Positions 1 through 9,094 of a DNA stretch of 37,107 nucleotides are shown here, one piece after another (the first letter of the stretch is position 1; the number at the start of each line of letters is the position of its first letter). The stretch covers positions 2,183-39,289 of the forward strand of contig JAWBPF010000001.1 of NCBI GenBank assembly GCA_038825355.1, read 5' to 3'. A program made the position numbers and the translations under genes. This stretch comes from Candidatus Bathyarchaeia archaeon (GTDB lineage: Archaea > Thermoproteota > Bathyarchaeia > 40CM-2-53-6 > DTGE01). Under the pieces are notes generated by a model. It did no database searches and was not told the DNA's origin. It saw only the letters and a list, made by a program, of their open reading frames with translations.

Positions 1-62
1 CATTAGCCGCTGGGGCGATAATATTAATGGGGGATAAAGCTAGAATCATAAAACGAATTTAA
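1..62 (+). CDS. Possible 3' end of an upstream CDS (partial, C-terminus ...LAAGAIILMGDKARIIKRI*)
   Basis: Frame 3 is open from the window edge to the TAA at 60-62. The tail is hydrophobic then basic. There is too little sequence to identify it. Confidence 0.2.
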   Translation, partial: LAAGAIILMGDKARIIKRI

Positions 63-235
63 TAACAAATATATTTGACTCCCTTAAACTTCTTCAATTA
101 GCTCCAGGGGGGGCATTCATTAGTTTCTGGAGCTTAGTGATGAGCAGCCACAGCATATATGGTAAATGATAAATATCCTTTAAGTGTACTTAAGACTATG
201 AGGACCGGAGTTAATTCGTTCTCACCGTTTTCTGG

Positions 236-1768
236 GTGAATGAATTGACATACCTTATTGGAACAGATATCGGAACATTGGGAACTAAATCCGTCCTTGT
301 GGATTTTGAGGGCAGAGTGCTTGCATCATCCTTTGAAGAGTATGATGTGATAACCCTAAAGCCGGGCTGGGCTGAGCAGAGGCCGCAGATATGGTTTGAG
401 GCAGTCTGCAGAACAATCAAGAGTGCCTTGGAAGTCTCAAACGTTGATGAGAAGGATGTGGCAGGCATCTGTATAAGCAGCCTCTACGGCGGAAGCGGTG
501 TATTCTGCGATGGGGAGATGAATCCTCTTCGTCCATGCATCATATGGGCTGATCGTAGGGCCACCGAGGAGTGCGAATGGGTAAAGGAGAATATAGGTGA
601 AGAGAAGATATTCAAAGTCACAGGAAACGTCGTAGATCCATACTACGGATATACGAAGATGCTCTACATAAAATTCAAGGAACCAAATATATGGGAGAAG
701 ACCCGTTACATATTGACGCCTAACGCCTACTGCATTTATAGACTTACAGACAATCTTTCAACGGACTTCTCCAGCGCGGGAAATTATGGAGGAATCTTTG
801 ACATCCATAGGAGGGACTGGTCCGAGGATATGATGGATGAGCTTGGAATCCCTCGAAGCCTATTCCCCGAGAGGTTATTCATGTCAAGCGAAACAGTCGG
901 CGAGGTCACAGGCGAGGGGGAAAGTCTAACAGGCCTGAAGAAGGGAACACCCGTGATGGCTGGAGGCATAGATGCCCCGGTAAGTGCCTTAAGTTCCGGA
1001 GCCATCGAGGATGGAGATCTGTCATGTATGCTTGGGACCTCCATGTGTAATGGTTTCATAAACGAGAGGCCCCGTCTATCCCCTAAAATGATCAACTACC
1101 CCTACGTTATAAGGGATAGGGAGATGCTCTACTCCTTCGCAGGCATAGTCACAGCGGGATATTGTATTAGATGGTTTAGAGATCAGCTGGGAGTACAGGA
1201 GCACCAACTGGCAAGCTATCTTAACATAAGCGGCTATCAGATCTTGGACCTAGAAGCTGAGAAGATCCCCCCAGGATCTGAAGGGCTAATTTTTCTACCT
1301 CACATGATGGTCGGTGAAAGAGCCCCCTACTGGGACGATCATGTAAGGGGAACCTTGGCAGGCCTCACAGTGTATCATACTAAAGCCCACATCTTCAGGG
1401 CCTTCCTAGAGGGAGTCGCATATGCCCTAAGGTACAGCATCGAGACAGCCCTAGAGGCGGGTATGCCTCTGAGAAGAGCTTTACTCGTGGACGGTGGAGC
1501 AAGATCAGCCCTGTGGAGAAGGATAATGGCCGACGTCACAGGTCTACCCATGGGATATATAGCGGGGGCTCTTGGCGCCCCACTGGGAGATGCCCTACTT
1601 GCAGGGATCGGGACAAAAACCCTAAAAGACTATAAAGCGATAAGGGAATGGGTAAAGATCGAAGAAGAGACGAAGCCGAGCCCGAAGGACAGGAGAGTCT
1701 ACGAGAAAAACTATGAGCTATTCAAGAGACTATACGTATCGGTTAGGGGAGTATTTAAAGAATTCTAG
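236..1768 (+). CDS. FGGY-family carbohydrate kinase (xylulokinase/glycerol-kinase-like)
   Basis: 510 aa. The N-terminal GTDIGTLGTKS ATPase motif, the length, and the C-terminal VDGGARSALWRRIMADVTG motif are typical of FGGY kinases. GTG start. Confidence 0.85.
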   Translation: MNELTYLIGTDIGTLGTKSVLVDFEGRVLASSFEEYDVITLKPGWAEQRPQIWFEAVCRTIKSALEVSNVDEKDVAGICISSLYGGSGVFCDGEMNPLRPCIIWADRRATEECEWVKENIGEEKIFKVTGNVVDPYYGYTKMLYIKFKEPNIWEKTRYILTPNAYCIYRLTDNLSTDFSSAGNYGGIFDIHRRDWSEDMMDELGIPRSLFPERLFMSSETVGEVTGEGESLTGLKKGTPVMAGGIDAPVSALSSGAIEDGDLSCMLGTSMCNGFINERPRLSPKMINYPYVIRDREMLYSFAGIVTAGYCIRWFRDQLGVQEHQLASYLNISGYQILDLEAEKIPPGSEGLIFLPHMMVGERAPYWDDHVRGTLAGLTVYHTKAHIFRAFLEGVAYALRYSIETALEAGMPLRRALLVDGGARSALWRRIMADVTGLPMGYIAGALGAPLGDALLAGIGTKTLKDYKAIREWVKIEEETKPSPKDRRVYEKNYELFKRLYVSVRGVFKEF

Positions 1769-1928
1769 TGATCAGATTTCTTCCCTATCTCGCTTCATTC
1801 ATTCCAAAACAAGACTAAGAGGTATATGTTGAACTCTAACTCCGGCTCTTATGAGGATCAGGAACATGGGGAAAGTTTAATCTCTAAATGGTCCCTCGAT
1901 CATCTCGGAGGTGGTTCCTAACCTGGTT

Positions 1929-2768
1929 TCATGTGACTCTCTCATAGAATTTGAGCATGGTTATACATTCTTCAGCGTAAAGGTCAAACAGTCCTCTATC
2001 CAGTTTGTTTAGATCGTATACGTCGGCTGAAGTGGGAGGTAATGGCTCCATAGCAAGGTATCTCCGGTATCCAATCTCCTTTAGGGCTTTAACTATGGCT
2101 TTAAAGTCTATATGTCCCCGGCCTACGGATTGCCGGTTACTATCCGCTACATGGAGGTGTATTAGATACTTGCCAGCCTTTCTTACGGCGGCTGATGGAT
2201 CAGCCTCCTCAATATTCATGTGGAATGTGTCTAACATAAGTTTCACGCTCTCCATGTTAACATCTTTGACGAATCTTAACCCCTGATCTACGTTATTCAT
2301 TAGGGAGAGCTCATAACGGTTTATGGGTTCGATCGCCAAGGCGACGCCCACATCCTCAGCGTATCTACCTGCCTCCCTGACGGATTCAACTCCGAACATC
2401 CACTCGTCCTCATGGATCTTCACGGTTTTCCCGCATCCACCTACCACTACTACCATGCAGGACGCCCCAAGCCTGCTTCCCAGATCTAGGCATTCCCTAA
2501 CATATTTGACGGCTTTCCTCCTAACCCCTTCGTCAGGATTCGCGAGGTCATTGGATTTCATGTGATCTGAACTATCCCAAGGCCAGATACCGCAGATCGA
2601 AGAGACTTCGAGGCTGTACGTTGAAAGTAAATCCTTAACTTGGTTAGCATCATAATCTCCAGGGACACCCTTCAACTCCACCCCATCGTAGCCGAGCCTT
2701 GAAAGCCTATCCAAAGTCCTATCTAAGGGTTCATCTCCATAGATCCAGTTCGAAATGGAGTACTTCAT
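1929..2768 (-). CDS. Sugar phosphate isomerase/epimerase (xylose isomerase-like TIM barrel)
   Basis: Family-typical MKYSISNW...GYDGVELKG N-terminus with His/Asp/Glu metal-site motifs (LHVADSN, AMEP). I chose the ATG at 2768 because GGAGGGG lies 6 nt upstream. The ORF track extends to a GTG at 2795. Confidence 0.8.
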   Translation of the reverse strand: MKYSISNWIYGDEPLDRTLDRLSRLGYDGVELKGVPGDYDANQVKDLLSTYSLEVSSICGIWPWDSSDHMKSNDLANPDEGVRRKAVKYVRECLDLGSRLGASCMVVVVGGCGKTVKIHEDEWMFGVESVREAGRYAEDVGVALAIEPINRYELSLMNNVDQGLRFVKDVNMESVKLMLDTFHMNIEEADPSAAVRKAGKYLIHLHVADSNRQSVGRGHIDFKAIVKALKEIGYRRYLAMEPLPPTSADVYDLNKLDRGLFDLYAEECITMLKFYERVT

Positions 2769-3003
2769 GTAAGCCCCTCCAACTGATAAACTCACCCATA
2801 AATATAGTGTCGTAAGAAATCCTTTAAGAATTTAATCTATATTTTAAGGCGAATCCCCTGACAGGAGATCGACAACCTCAGGCTATTACCCGAAAGAAGG
2901 GAATTCGTATAATCCTCTAAAGGTTAATCATTTTAAATAACGATAAAGTTAAAAGAGTAGGGAGACCAAATTCCCTGTTCCTGATAATCCAAAGGTAAAG
3001 TTT

Positions 3004-3081
3004 GGGCCGGTCGTCCAGCCTGGTTAGGACGTCCGCCTTACACGCGGAAGGCCGCCGGTTCGAATCCGGCCCGGCCCACCA
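3004..3081 (+). tRNA. tRNA-Val (anticodon UAC) with genomically encoded CCA
   Basis: Hand-folded cloverleaf. Acceptor stem GGGCCGG/CCGGCCC, D stem GUCC/GGAC, anticodon stem UCCGC/GCGGA with loop CUUACAC, 5-nt variable loop, T arm GCCGG-UUCGAAU-CCGGC, discriminator A, then CCA. Confidence 0.95.
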
Positions 3082-3168
3082 AATTGGGTCCATAAAAAAG
3101 CTCACGTCATAGGGCTTCAAGTCTCTGCCCGAATTTCTCTATATCTCTAGGAACCCTATTATTGTATG

Positions 3169-3711
3169 CTACTTTGCGATTCCATAATTTCCGCCAATTG
3201 GATCTTGGAATATAGATAAATGTGGCGGATAAAATGTGAAGATCGAGAAGAGTAAAGCCAATAGTATTAGCGCTGCGACTGAGATTTGGACGTAAACTTC
3301 AAGTTTTTCCTTGCAGATCAATACCTTATAACTTGCTAGTTGTCCTATTATCACGGCGGTTATGAAAATTAGGATGTCCAGTACGAGGTTCTCTTCCATG
3401 AAAGCTGTATAAAGGTAGAATGAGGAGACAATAGTTAATGGCATTGAGTATATTCCCAAGGTTTTTGCGGGGAAAAAGTTGCCTATTCCATTTTTAAGAA
3501 GTATGTATTCGATAGCTGCATAGATTAAGGCTGGCCAAAAACCTAGTTTTAAATGCTCCCAGATGCTCTCGTTGACGGCGGAGAGGACTCCTATGATTGG
3601 GTTTCTTCCGGACAGCTCGAAAGCGAAGTGTAAAGCACTTCCAAGGATAATTATAAAAAATATGCCGAAAACCTCAAGCCTAAGAATCGATTTCCTTACC
3701 GTTTCATCCAT
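3169..3711 (-). CDS. Multi-pass integral membrane protein (DUF6512-like, from memory of the SAVNESIWEHLKL motif)
   Basis: 180 aa with about 5 hydrophobic segments. The gene is visibly AT-richer than its neighbours. Confidence 0.6.
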   Translation of the reverse strand: MDETVRKSILRLEVFGIFFIIILGSALHFAFELSGRNPIIGVLSAVNESIWEHLKLGFWPALIYAAIEYILLKNGIGNFFPAKTLGIYSMPLTIVSSFYLYTAFMEENLVLDILIFITAVIIGQLASYKVLICKEKLEVYVQISVAALILLALLFSIFTFYPPHLSIFQDPIGGNYGIAK

Positions 3712-4259
3712 TTAAGGTCAAGTAATTGTTGGGCAGATGATATATTAAACTTATCACCTTAAAGTTTCTATATAAAAAATAGGGGCCGCAATAGGTAATT
3801 CATGCATCCAGGTCATCCAAAAAAAGGAGATATAAGACGACTCCAAATAAAACAGACAAAGAAGAGTAGATGCGTAATTTGATCGTCTTTTATCCTGGAC
3901 TATCTGGCAAAATCCCTATAAATTTTCGATAATTATTAACAAATTATGAGAGTTGGTATATCACTCATTGTTAGAAGATTGCTGAAGAGAATTTTCTGGG
4001 GTTATAGCCTAATAGTCTTATTCTAATAAAATAAGATTTATCCTGTTAGTCTAGGGGCTCCTCCACTCCGCTAATGGCTTAGCGTATACCCGATCGGTTG
4101 GTTAAATCTTTATCTATGTTCCTTACGTAGGTTTTGGTCGCAGCATCGCTTTCGGCTGGTGTATATATAAACGTAAACCATAAAAGGCTTTTACTTATAT
4201 ATTCGTCAAAAAATATAGACATTAAATTTATCTAAAAGTTGTATTCTTAATCGTTTGGC

Positions 4260-6149
4260 ATGACGTTACAGCACCTTAATACATTTAAGTCGAGGATGGG
4301 CGGGCAGGAGTATCAGAAGCTTCACGCTATACCTAACCTTAAAGTTCACAGGTTCGTAGCTGAGGCCGTCGAGCTCTGTAATCCTGACGAGATATTTATA
4401 TGCACCGATTCCCCAGAGGACATCGCGTATGTGCGTGAGATGGCCGTTGCAAACGGTGAAGAGACGCCGTTGGCCATTCCAGGTCATACTTATCACTTCG
4501 ACGGCCCCAAAGATATGGGTCGAGATAGGGAGGCCACGAAGTATCTCGTGCCTAAATGGGACTCCCTCAGCGAAGCCCTCAACCAGATTGAACGGGAACA
4601 GGGTTTAGAGGAGATAAAAGAGCTACTCCAGGATTCCATGCAGGGTCGTACAATGGTCGTCCGTTTCCTCTCTTTGGGACCAGCCAACTCTATATTTAGC
4701 ATTCCTTGTATGGAGTGTACCGATTCATGGTATGTATCTCATTCCATGGATCTACTGTACCGCCAAGCTTACGAACTGTTTCGACGGGGGGAGGTACAGG
4801 GAGATGATTTCTTCCGCGTCCTGCATTCAGAGGGTAAGCTTAACGAGCTCATGCAGAGTGTGGAAGCTGAGAAGAGGCGCATCTACATCGACTACATCGA
4901 GAACACAGTATACACAGTGAATACTCAATACGCCGGTAACAGCGTTGGCTTCAAGAAACTCGCCCTCCGCCTCGCCATACGTAAAGCCCATAGGGAAGGT
5001 TGGCTGGCCGAGCACATGATGATAACCGGAGTATACGGTCCAGGTGGCCGTAAAACCTATTTCGCTGGGGCTTTCCCCAGCGCCTGTGGTAAGACTTCTA
5101 CCGCCATGATCCCTGGAAGCACCATTATGGGGGACGATATAGCCTATCTTCGCAACATAAATGGGAGATGCTGCATCGTGAACGCTGAGGCTGGAATATT
5201 CGGCATACTCAAAGACGTCAACCCCGTGGATGATCCCCTCATCTGGGAGGCCTTAACCGCCCCAGGGGAGGTCATCTTCTCCAATGTTCTAGTAAAGGAT
5301 GGGAGACCCTACTGGCTCGGCATAGGCTGCGAGATCCCCAAGGAGGGGATAAACTACACCGGCTTCTGGTGGGATTGTAAGACCGATGAGAGTGGTGAGA
5401 AGATACCTCCAGCTCATCCAAACGCCCGCTACACCATACCACTTAAGGCTTTGAGAAACTGCGATCCGGAACTGGACAACCCTCTCGGAGTGGAATTGGG
5501 AGGCATAATATATGGCTGCCGCGATACAAGGGCCTACGTACCTGTACAGCAGAGCTTCAACTGGGAACATGGTATAATAGCTTACGGAGCGGCATTAGAG
5601 ACCGAAACCACCTTCGCCCTAGTCGAAGAAGAAGGTAAATACGAGATAAACCTGATGAGCGTCCAGGATTTCGTCTCAATACCCTTAGGCAGATATATCT
5701 TGAACAATCTTGAATTCGGGAGGAGGCTGGAGAAACGACCAATAATATTCGGGGTTAACTATTTCCTCAGAGATAAGGAGAAGAAGGACTTCCTAAACGA
5801 TAGAAGAGATAAACGGGTATGGATTAAATGGATGGAGCTGAGGATCCATAAAGATGTGAATGCCTTAAGGTCTCCTACGGGGCTGATCCCTAAATACACG
5901 GACTTACAGCGGCTCTTCCACGAGATACGAGGAGTAGACTATAGAAAGGAAGATTATATTAAGCAATTTACAATCCGCGTCCCAGAAAACCTGGCTAAGA
6001 TCACTCGTGTGGAGAAATTTTACCGCGAGAACGTTCAGGATACCCCCCTAGAGCTCTTCAGGATACTTGAAGAGCAGAGGAATAGACTTATGAAGGCACA
6101 GGCCGAGCTTGGGGACTACATCTCTCCTGAAGACTTGGAGACCGTGTAA
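4260..6149 (+). CDS. pckG: Phosphoenolpyruvate carboxykinase (GTP)
   Basis: 629 aa. Contains the kinase-1a motif FPSACGKTS and GDDIAYL, with a length typical of GTP-PEPCK. Confidence 0.92.
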   Translation: MTLQHLNTFKSRMGGQEYQKLHAIPNLKVHRFVAEAVELCNPDEIFICTDSPEDIAYVREMAVANGEETPLAIPGHTYHFDGPKDMGRDREATKYLVPKWDSLSEALNQIEREQGLEEIKELLQDSMQGRTMVVRFLSLGPANSIFSIPCMECTDSWYVSHSMDLLYRQAYELFRRGEVQGDDFFRVLHSEGKLNELMQSVEAEKRRIYIDYIENTVYTVNTQYAGNSVGFKKLALRLAIRKAHREGWLAEHMMITGVYGPGGRKTYFAGAFPSACGKTSTAMIPGSTIMGDDIAYLRNINGRCCIVNAEAGIFGILKDVNPVDDPLIWEALTAPGEVIFSNVLVKDGRPYWLGIGCEIPKEGINYTGFWWDCKTDESGEKIPPAHPNARYTIPLKALRNCDPELDNPLGVELGGIIYGCRDTRAYVPVQQSFNWEHGIIAYGAALETETTFALVEEEGKYEINLMSVQDFVSIPLGRYILNNLEFGRRLEKRPIIFGVNYFLRDKEKKDFLNDRRDKRVWIKWMELRIHKDVNALRSPTGLIPKYTDLQRLFHEIRGVDYRKEDYIKQFTIRVPENLAKITRVEKFYRENVQDTPLELFRILEEQRNRLMKAQAELGDYISPEDLETV

Positions 6150-6336
6150 CCTCCCTAGCACCCAATAATACTCCGATACAATAAATTTTTCATACTCCAA
6201 TAGATCTCATTCCCATAGCCTATGCTGCCCCCTCCTACTTCCATAAAGGGGATCAGCCGCTCTTCAGCGTTTAGGGGCTAATGCCCTATGGATAGGTCAA
6301 GTTAAATTTATCAATGATTCATCTCTACTCTATCTT

Positions 6337-6651
6337 ATGAGCTTAGCTGTCGAGTGCCGGGATGAGGATTTCAGGGCCTTTAGGGATCACCTGGACGATA
6401 AGGGCATAAAATACAGATATTACATGAGGGAGGCCCGGGATCAATTAACCACTTTCCACTTAGAGGTTAAGTCCATAGACGAGGCGGTTCTCCAGATAAT
6501 ACGGAGCTACGCCAATGACAGGGGATTAAAGGTTGAACTTGAGATAGATCATGAGAGATATAGTATCCTAGACCGGGATCCTAAGGAGCTCATGGAGATG
6601 TTGAGAGATGCCCAGAGGCGTGGAGGCTTAATTCGAGGCTACCATTACTGA
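6337..6651 (+). CDS. Hypothetical protein (104 aa, charged, no recognised motif)
   Basis: Clean ORF with protein-like composition, followed by a hairpin and a T5 run. Confidence 0.5.
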   Translation: MSLAVECRDEDFRAFRDHLDDKGIKYRYYMREARDQLTTFHLEVKSIDEAVLQIIRSYANDRGLKVELEIDHERYSILDRDPKELMEMLRDAQRRGGLIRGYHY

Positions 6652-6654
6652 TGG

Positions 6655-6686
6655 AAGCTAAACTTATTAGCTTAGTCTGGATTTTT
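6655..6686 (+). terminator. Hairpin (AAGCUAA/UUAGCUU, 5-nt loop) followed by T5
   Basis: A 7-bp perfect stem at 6655-6673 and TTTTT at 6682-6686, immediately after the stop of the 6337-6651 CDS. Confidence 0.4.
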
Positions 6687-6718
6687 AACATCGATAAGTA
6701 TTTGAGGTTTCAAAAACC

Positions 6719-7605
6719 ATGTCCATCGGAGATCTCCCCGAATACCCCGAGACGAGAGAGTTGTCCCTAAGGGATAAGGAGGATCTAACCGAGCTGTTCA
6801 CGCACTTCCAACCACATATATCGGAATATACATTCACAAACCTATATGCATGGAGGAGCTCAAACAAATGCATCCTCTCAAGCATCGAAGGAGAACCTTT
6901 AGTCATAAGGGAGCATAACAGGATACTTCACCTTATGCCCCCTATCACCATGGATATAGAGGAGGCCTTAGAAAGGATTAGGGGAAGAGGGGTGGTCCCT
7001 CCAATATACGGCATACTAAGAGATGAGGCGGAAACCCTGGCTGGGATGGAGTTCAAGGTTGAACCTGATAGGGATAACTGAGATTACGTGTACTCAGTTA
7101 AGGAGCTTATAGAGTTGAAGGGCTCCAAGTTCAGGGCGAAACGGCAGAATATATATATAGGTGTCTCTCGGAGCATAGCTGCAAATATGCTCAGATAGAT
7201 GACTCCAACATCGCAGAGTGCTGGGAATTCTATGAGCGGTGGTGCAGTATCAGGAGCTGCCATGAGGATTTAGAGCTTAAAAATGAGGGGGAAGCCATCA
7301 AGGAGATCCTGAATAGCTATGGCGCGTTGCCGCTCTACGGCGCAGTCATATACGTGGATGGATCCCTTGAAGCGTTCACGATCGGCGAACTACTCAACAA
7401 GGACACCGCCGTGATCCACATAGAAAAGGCAAATCCGAACATTAGGGGATTATACCAGCCCATCAATAACCGGTTCTGCAAAAATCATATAGAGGAGTTT
7501 AAATGGGTTAACAGGGAACAGGATCTTGGGATAACCGGGCTGAGAAAAGCCAAGATGGACTATAACCCCCATCACTTCGTAGAGAAATACAAGGCCCATC
7601 CCTAG
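6719..7605 (+). pseudogene. Disrupted DUF2156 / lysyl-phosphatidylglycerol-synthase C-terminal-domain-like gene
   Basis: Three pieces read as one protein. The first is 6719-7078, ending in an in-frame TGA at 7079-7081 (DRDN*DYVYSVKEL...KRQNIY). The frame then changes at the (AT)5A run at 7149-7159. The protein continues as RCLSEHSCKYAQIDDSNIAECWEFYERWC...GAVIYVDGSLEAFTIGE...REQDLGITGLRKAKMDY through to 7605. Confidence 0.7.
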
Positions 7606-7736
7606 TTAGCTACGTTTAAGTTGGGATAACCCGGAAAAACCTCCACCCCTCGATTCCCATGGGGAGGCATAATAGCCTCACCTCTAAGGTTTTCAAGAGG
7701 GGTGAAGGGGCTGGGACCTCTGCACAGTTTAGATTT

Positions 7737-8159
7737 TTAGATCTCTTCGAGGAGGCTTGTAAAGGTGTCGTGGTGCTCCTCCTCATCTTTGAGTATCCCT
7801 CTGAATATCTCTGCCGTTATCACATCTTTCTCCTTCTGCGAGGCTTCTATTATCTGCTTGTAGAGAGTTATGGCCCCCTCCTCATCCTTCTTGTCCTGTT
7901 CGATCATCTCCTTCAAAGTCCCCCCTACGAATATGGGGCTAGGCTCCGTCGTGGGTGTCCCTCCTAAGTAGGCTAGCCTCTCAGCGATCTTTTCGGCGTG
8001 TTTCATCTCAGTGATCGCTATGCTCTTCAGCTCGTCTTTCACTGCGAATCCCTTGACACCCCTCCATAGGACGTGCTGCCACATATACTGTATCGAAACT
8101 TGCAACTCTCTAGCTATCGCCTTATTCAAAAGTTCTAATAACTCCTTAGACGCAGCCAT
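7737..8159 (-). CDS. Ferritin-like / bacterioferritin-family di-iron protein
   Basis: 140 aa four-helix-bundle pattern with di-iron ligand motifs (ARELQ, EMKHAE, DEEGA, EEEHHD). Confidence 0.8.
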   Translation of the reverse strand: MAASKELLELLNKAIARELQVSIQYMWQHVLWRGVKGFAVKDELKSIAITEMKHAEKIAERLAYLGGTPTTEPSPIFVGGTLKEMIEQDKKDEEGAITLYKQIIEASQKEKDVITAEIFRGILKDEEEHHDTFTSLLEEI

Positions 8160-8253
8160 ATTTTATCACTCATCCTGCTGATTCCTTAGTGATATATTTT
8201 ATCTGAGTAATCTTAAAAGGTTTTAGGTAGGTGAATGAGCCAAGGAAGGAGAT

Positions 8254-8576
8254 GAAGGCTTTAGCTCGCTGGCCCGCCTGATGTGAACGACCTGACAACC
8301 TCCACGGCTGAAGTCCGGGATTCCCGGCACTGTCGTCCTAGAGGGTTCATCCTGTCAGGTTTTGGCTAGGTCAAAGCAATCCACATCACATGAGGCTTAT
8401 AACATGAGACCCACCAGCTCAAGCCCTCAACCTCACCCCCGTCTTAAGCCTTACCCTCATTTCAGTTGACACTTAGAGCACATCTACCGCATAAGAGCAA
8501 ACTCTGCTCAGGGAGAGGATGGCTCAAGGAAACGTAGGCTTACTCGATCCATCCCACGATCTAAGCAGGGGGCTTC
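8254..8576 (+). ncRNA. Candidate structured ncRNA, class unresolved (some RNase P RNA-like motifs)
   Basis: The gap at 8160-8725 is ORF-free. Its core is GC-rich, unlike the other AT-rich spacers. Termini can pair (8258-8268 with 8557-8566). Nested helices: 8290-8297/8353-8360, 8394-8399/8445-8450, 8516-8521/8549-8554. GAAGUCCGGG at 8310-8319 and GUAGGCUUAC at 8534-8543 resemble the two RNase P P4 strands, but beyond 5 bp the two strands do not pair. Confidence 0.35.
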
Positions 8577-8731
8577 TTTGTAGGGCTGTGTAAGGGTCAG
8601 TCTGCTCCAACCGAAGGTTTAAAGACATTGAGCTGCGGCTTCCTCGGCATCTCCACTTTTGAGTAAACTTTAAGTTTCAACGTTATTCTATTTACAACGT
8701 TAAAATAATGTTTGAGGCGTAAGGATTGCCT

Positions 8732-9040
8732 ATGGATTTCGAATTTATGAAAAAGTTCACGAAGGTCTCGAAGCATAACGGCCATACGGTCTGGAGGGAA
8801 TGGGGTCCACCCGAGAAGCTTGGGATACATGGAACCAACGTGGCCGTGGATCAGGACATATGCAACGGCGACGAGGTATGCGTAGGTGTTTGTCCCGTCA
8901 ACGTCTTCGAGATGGTGGATTCACCGGGCCATCCAGTCTCGGACAGGAAATCGGATCCCGTCAGGGAGTCGGAGTGCATCCAATGCATGGCCTGCGAGAT
9001 ACAATGCCCGACACAGGCGATAAAGATAACTCCTCCATGA
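8732..9040 (+). CDS. Zinc-containing 7Fe ferredoxin (Sulfolobus Zfx type)
   Basis: Has CxxDxxCxxxCP and CxxCxxCxxxCP cluster motifs. The N-terminal extension carries HxxH (KHNGH), GIHGT and a later SDPV, matching the Zn ligands of the Sulfolobus ferredoxin. I chose the ATG at 8732. The ORF track starts at a TTG at 8726. Confidence 0.88.
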   Translation: MDFEFMKKFTKVSKHNGHTVWREWGPPEKLGIHGTNVAVDQDICNGDEVCVGVCPVNVFEMVDSPGHPVSDRKSDPVRESECIQCMACEIQCPTQAIKITPP

Positions 9041-9094
9041 AAACTTGAGTACCAACGGCGTCCCTGAACGCTAAGGATCGGATGAACCTAGATT

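Noticed and set aside
2917-3120. 67-aa minus-strand ORF
   Set aside because: It overlaps the perfectly folding tRNA-Val gene, so the ORF is an artefact of the tRNA sequence.
7079-7081. In-frame TGA in the DUF2156 gene as selenocysteine or programmed read-through
   Set aside because: TGA is used as an ordinary stop by several genes in the window. There is no obvious SECIS-like hairpin, and the gene carries a second independent lesion (a frameshift) 70 nt downstream. Simple inactivation or a sequencing error is more likely.
8164-8193. Inverted repeat ATCACT-N18-AGTGAT in the ferritin 5' region as a metal-regulator operator
   Set aside because: The arms are only 6 bp with a long spacer. This is easily produced by chance in AT-rich sequence and resembles no operator consensus I know.
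8225-8600. SRP (7S) RNA identity for the structured block
   Set aside because: I could not find the helix-8 core (GNAR tetraloop flanked by ...CCGGAAGG(G/A)AGCA...) on either strand. There is also no long helix-5-like pairing. The partial resemblance GGUGAAUGAGCCAAGGAAGGAGAUGAAGG does not fold as helix 8.
8597-8830. 77-aa minus-strand ORF and the 8800-9048 + strand ORF around the ferredoxin gene
   Set aside because: Both overlap the well-supported Zn-ferredoxin CDS or its upstream region and have implausible composition. The ferredoxin frame explains the open reading.
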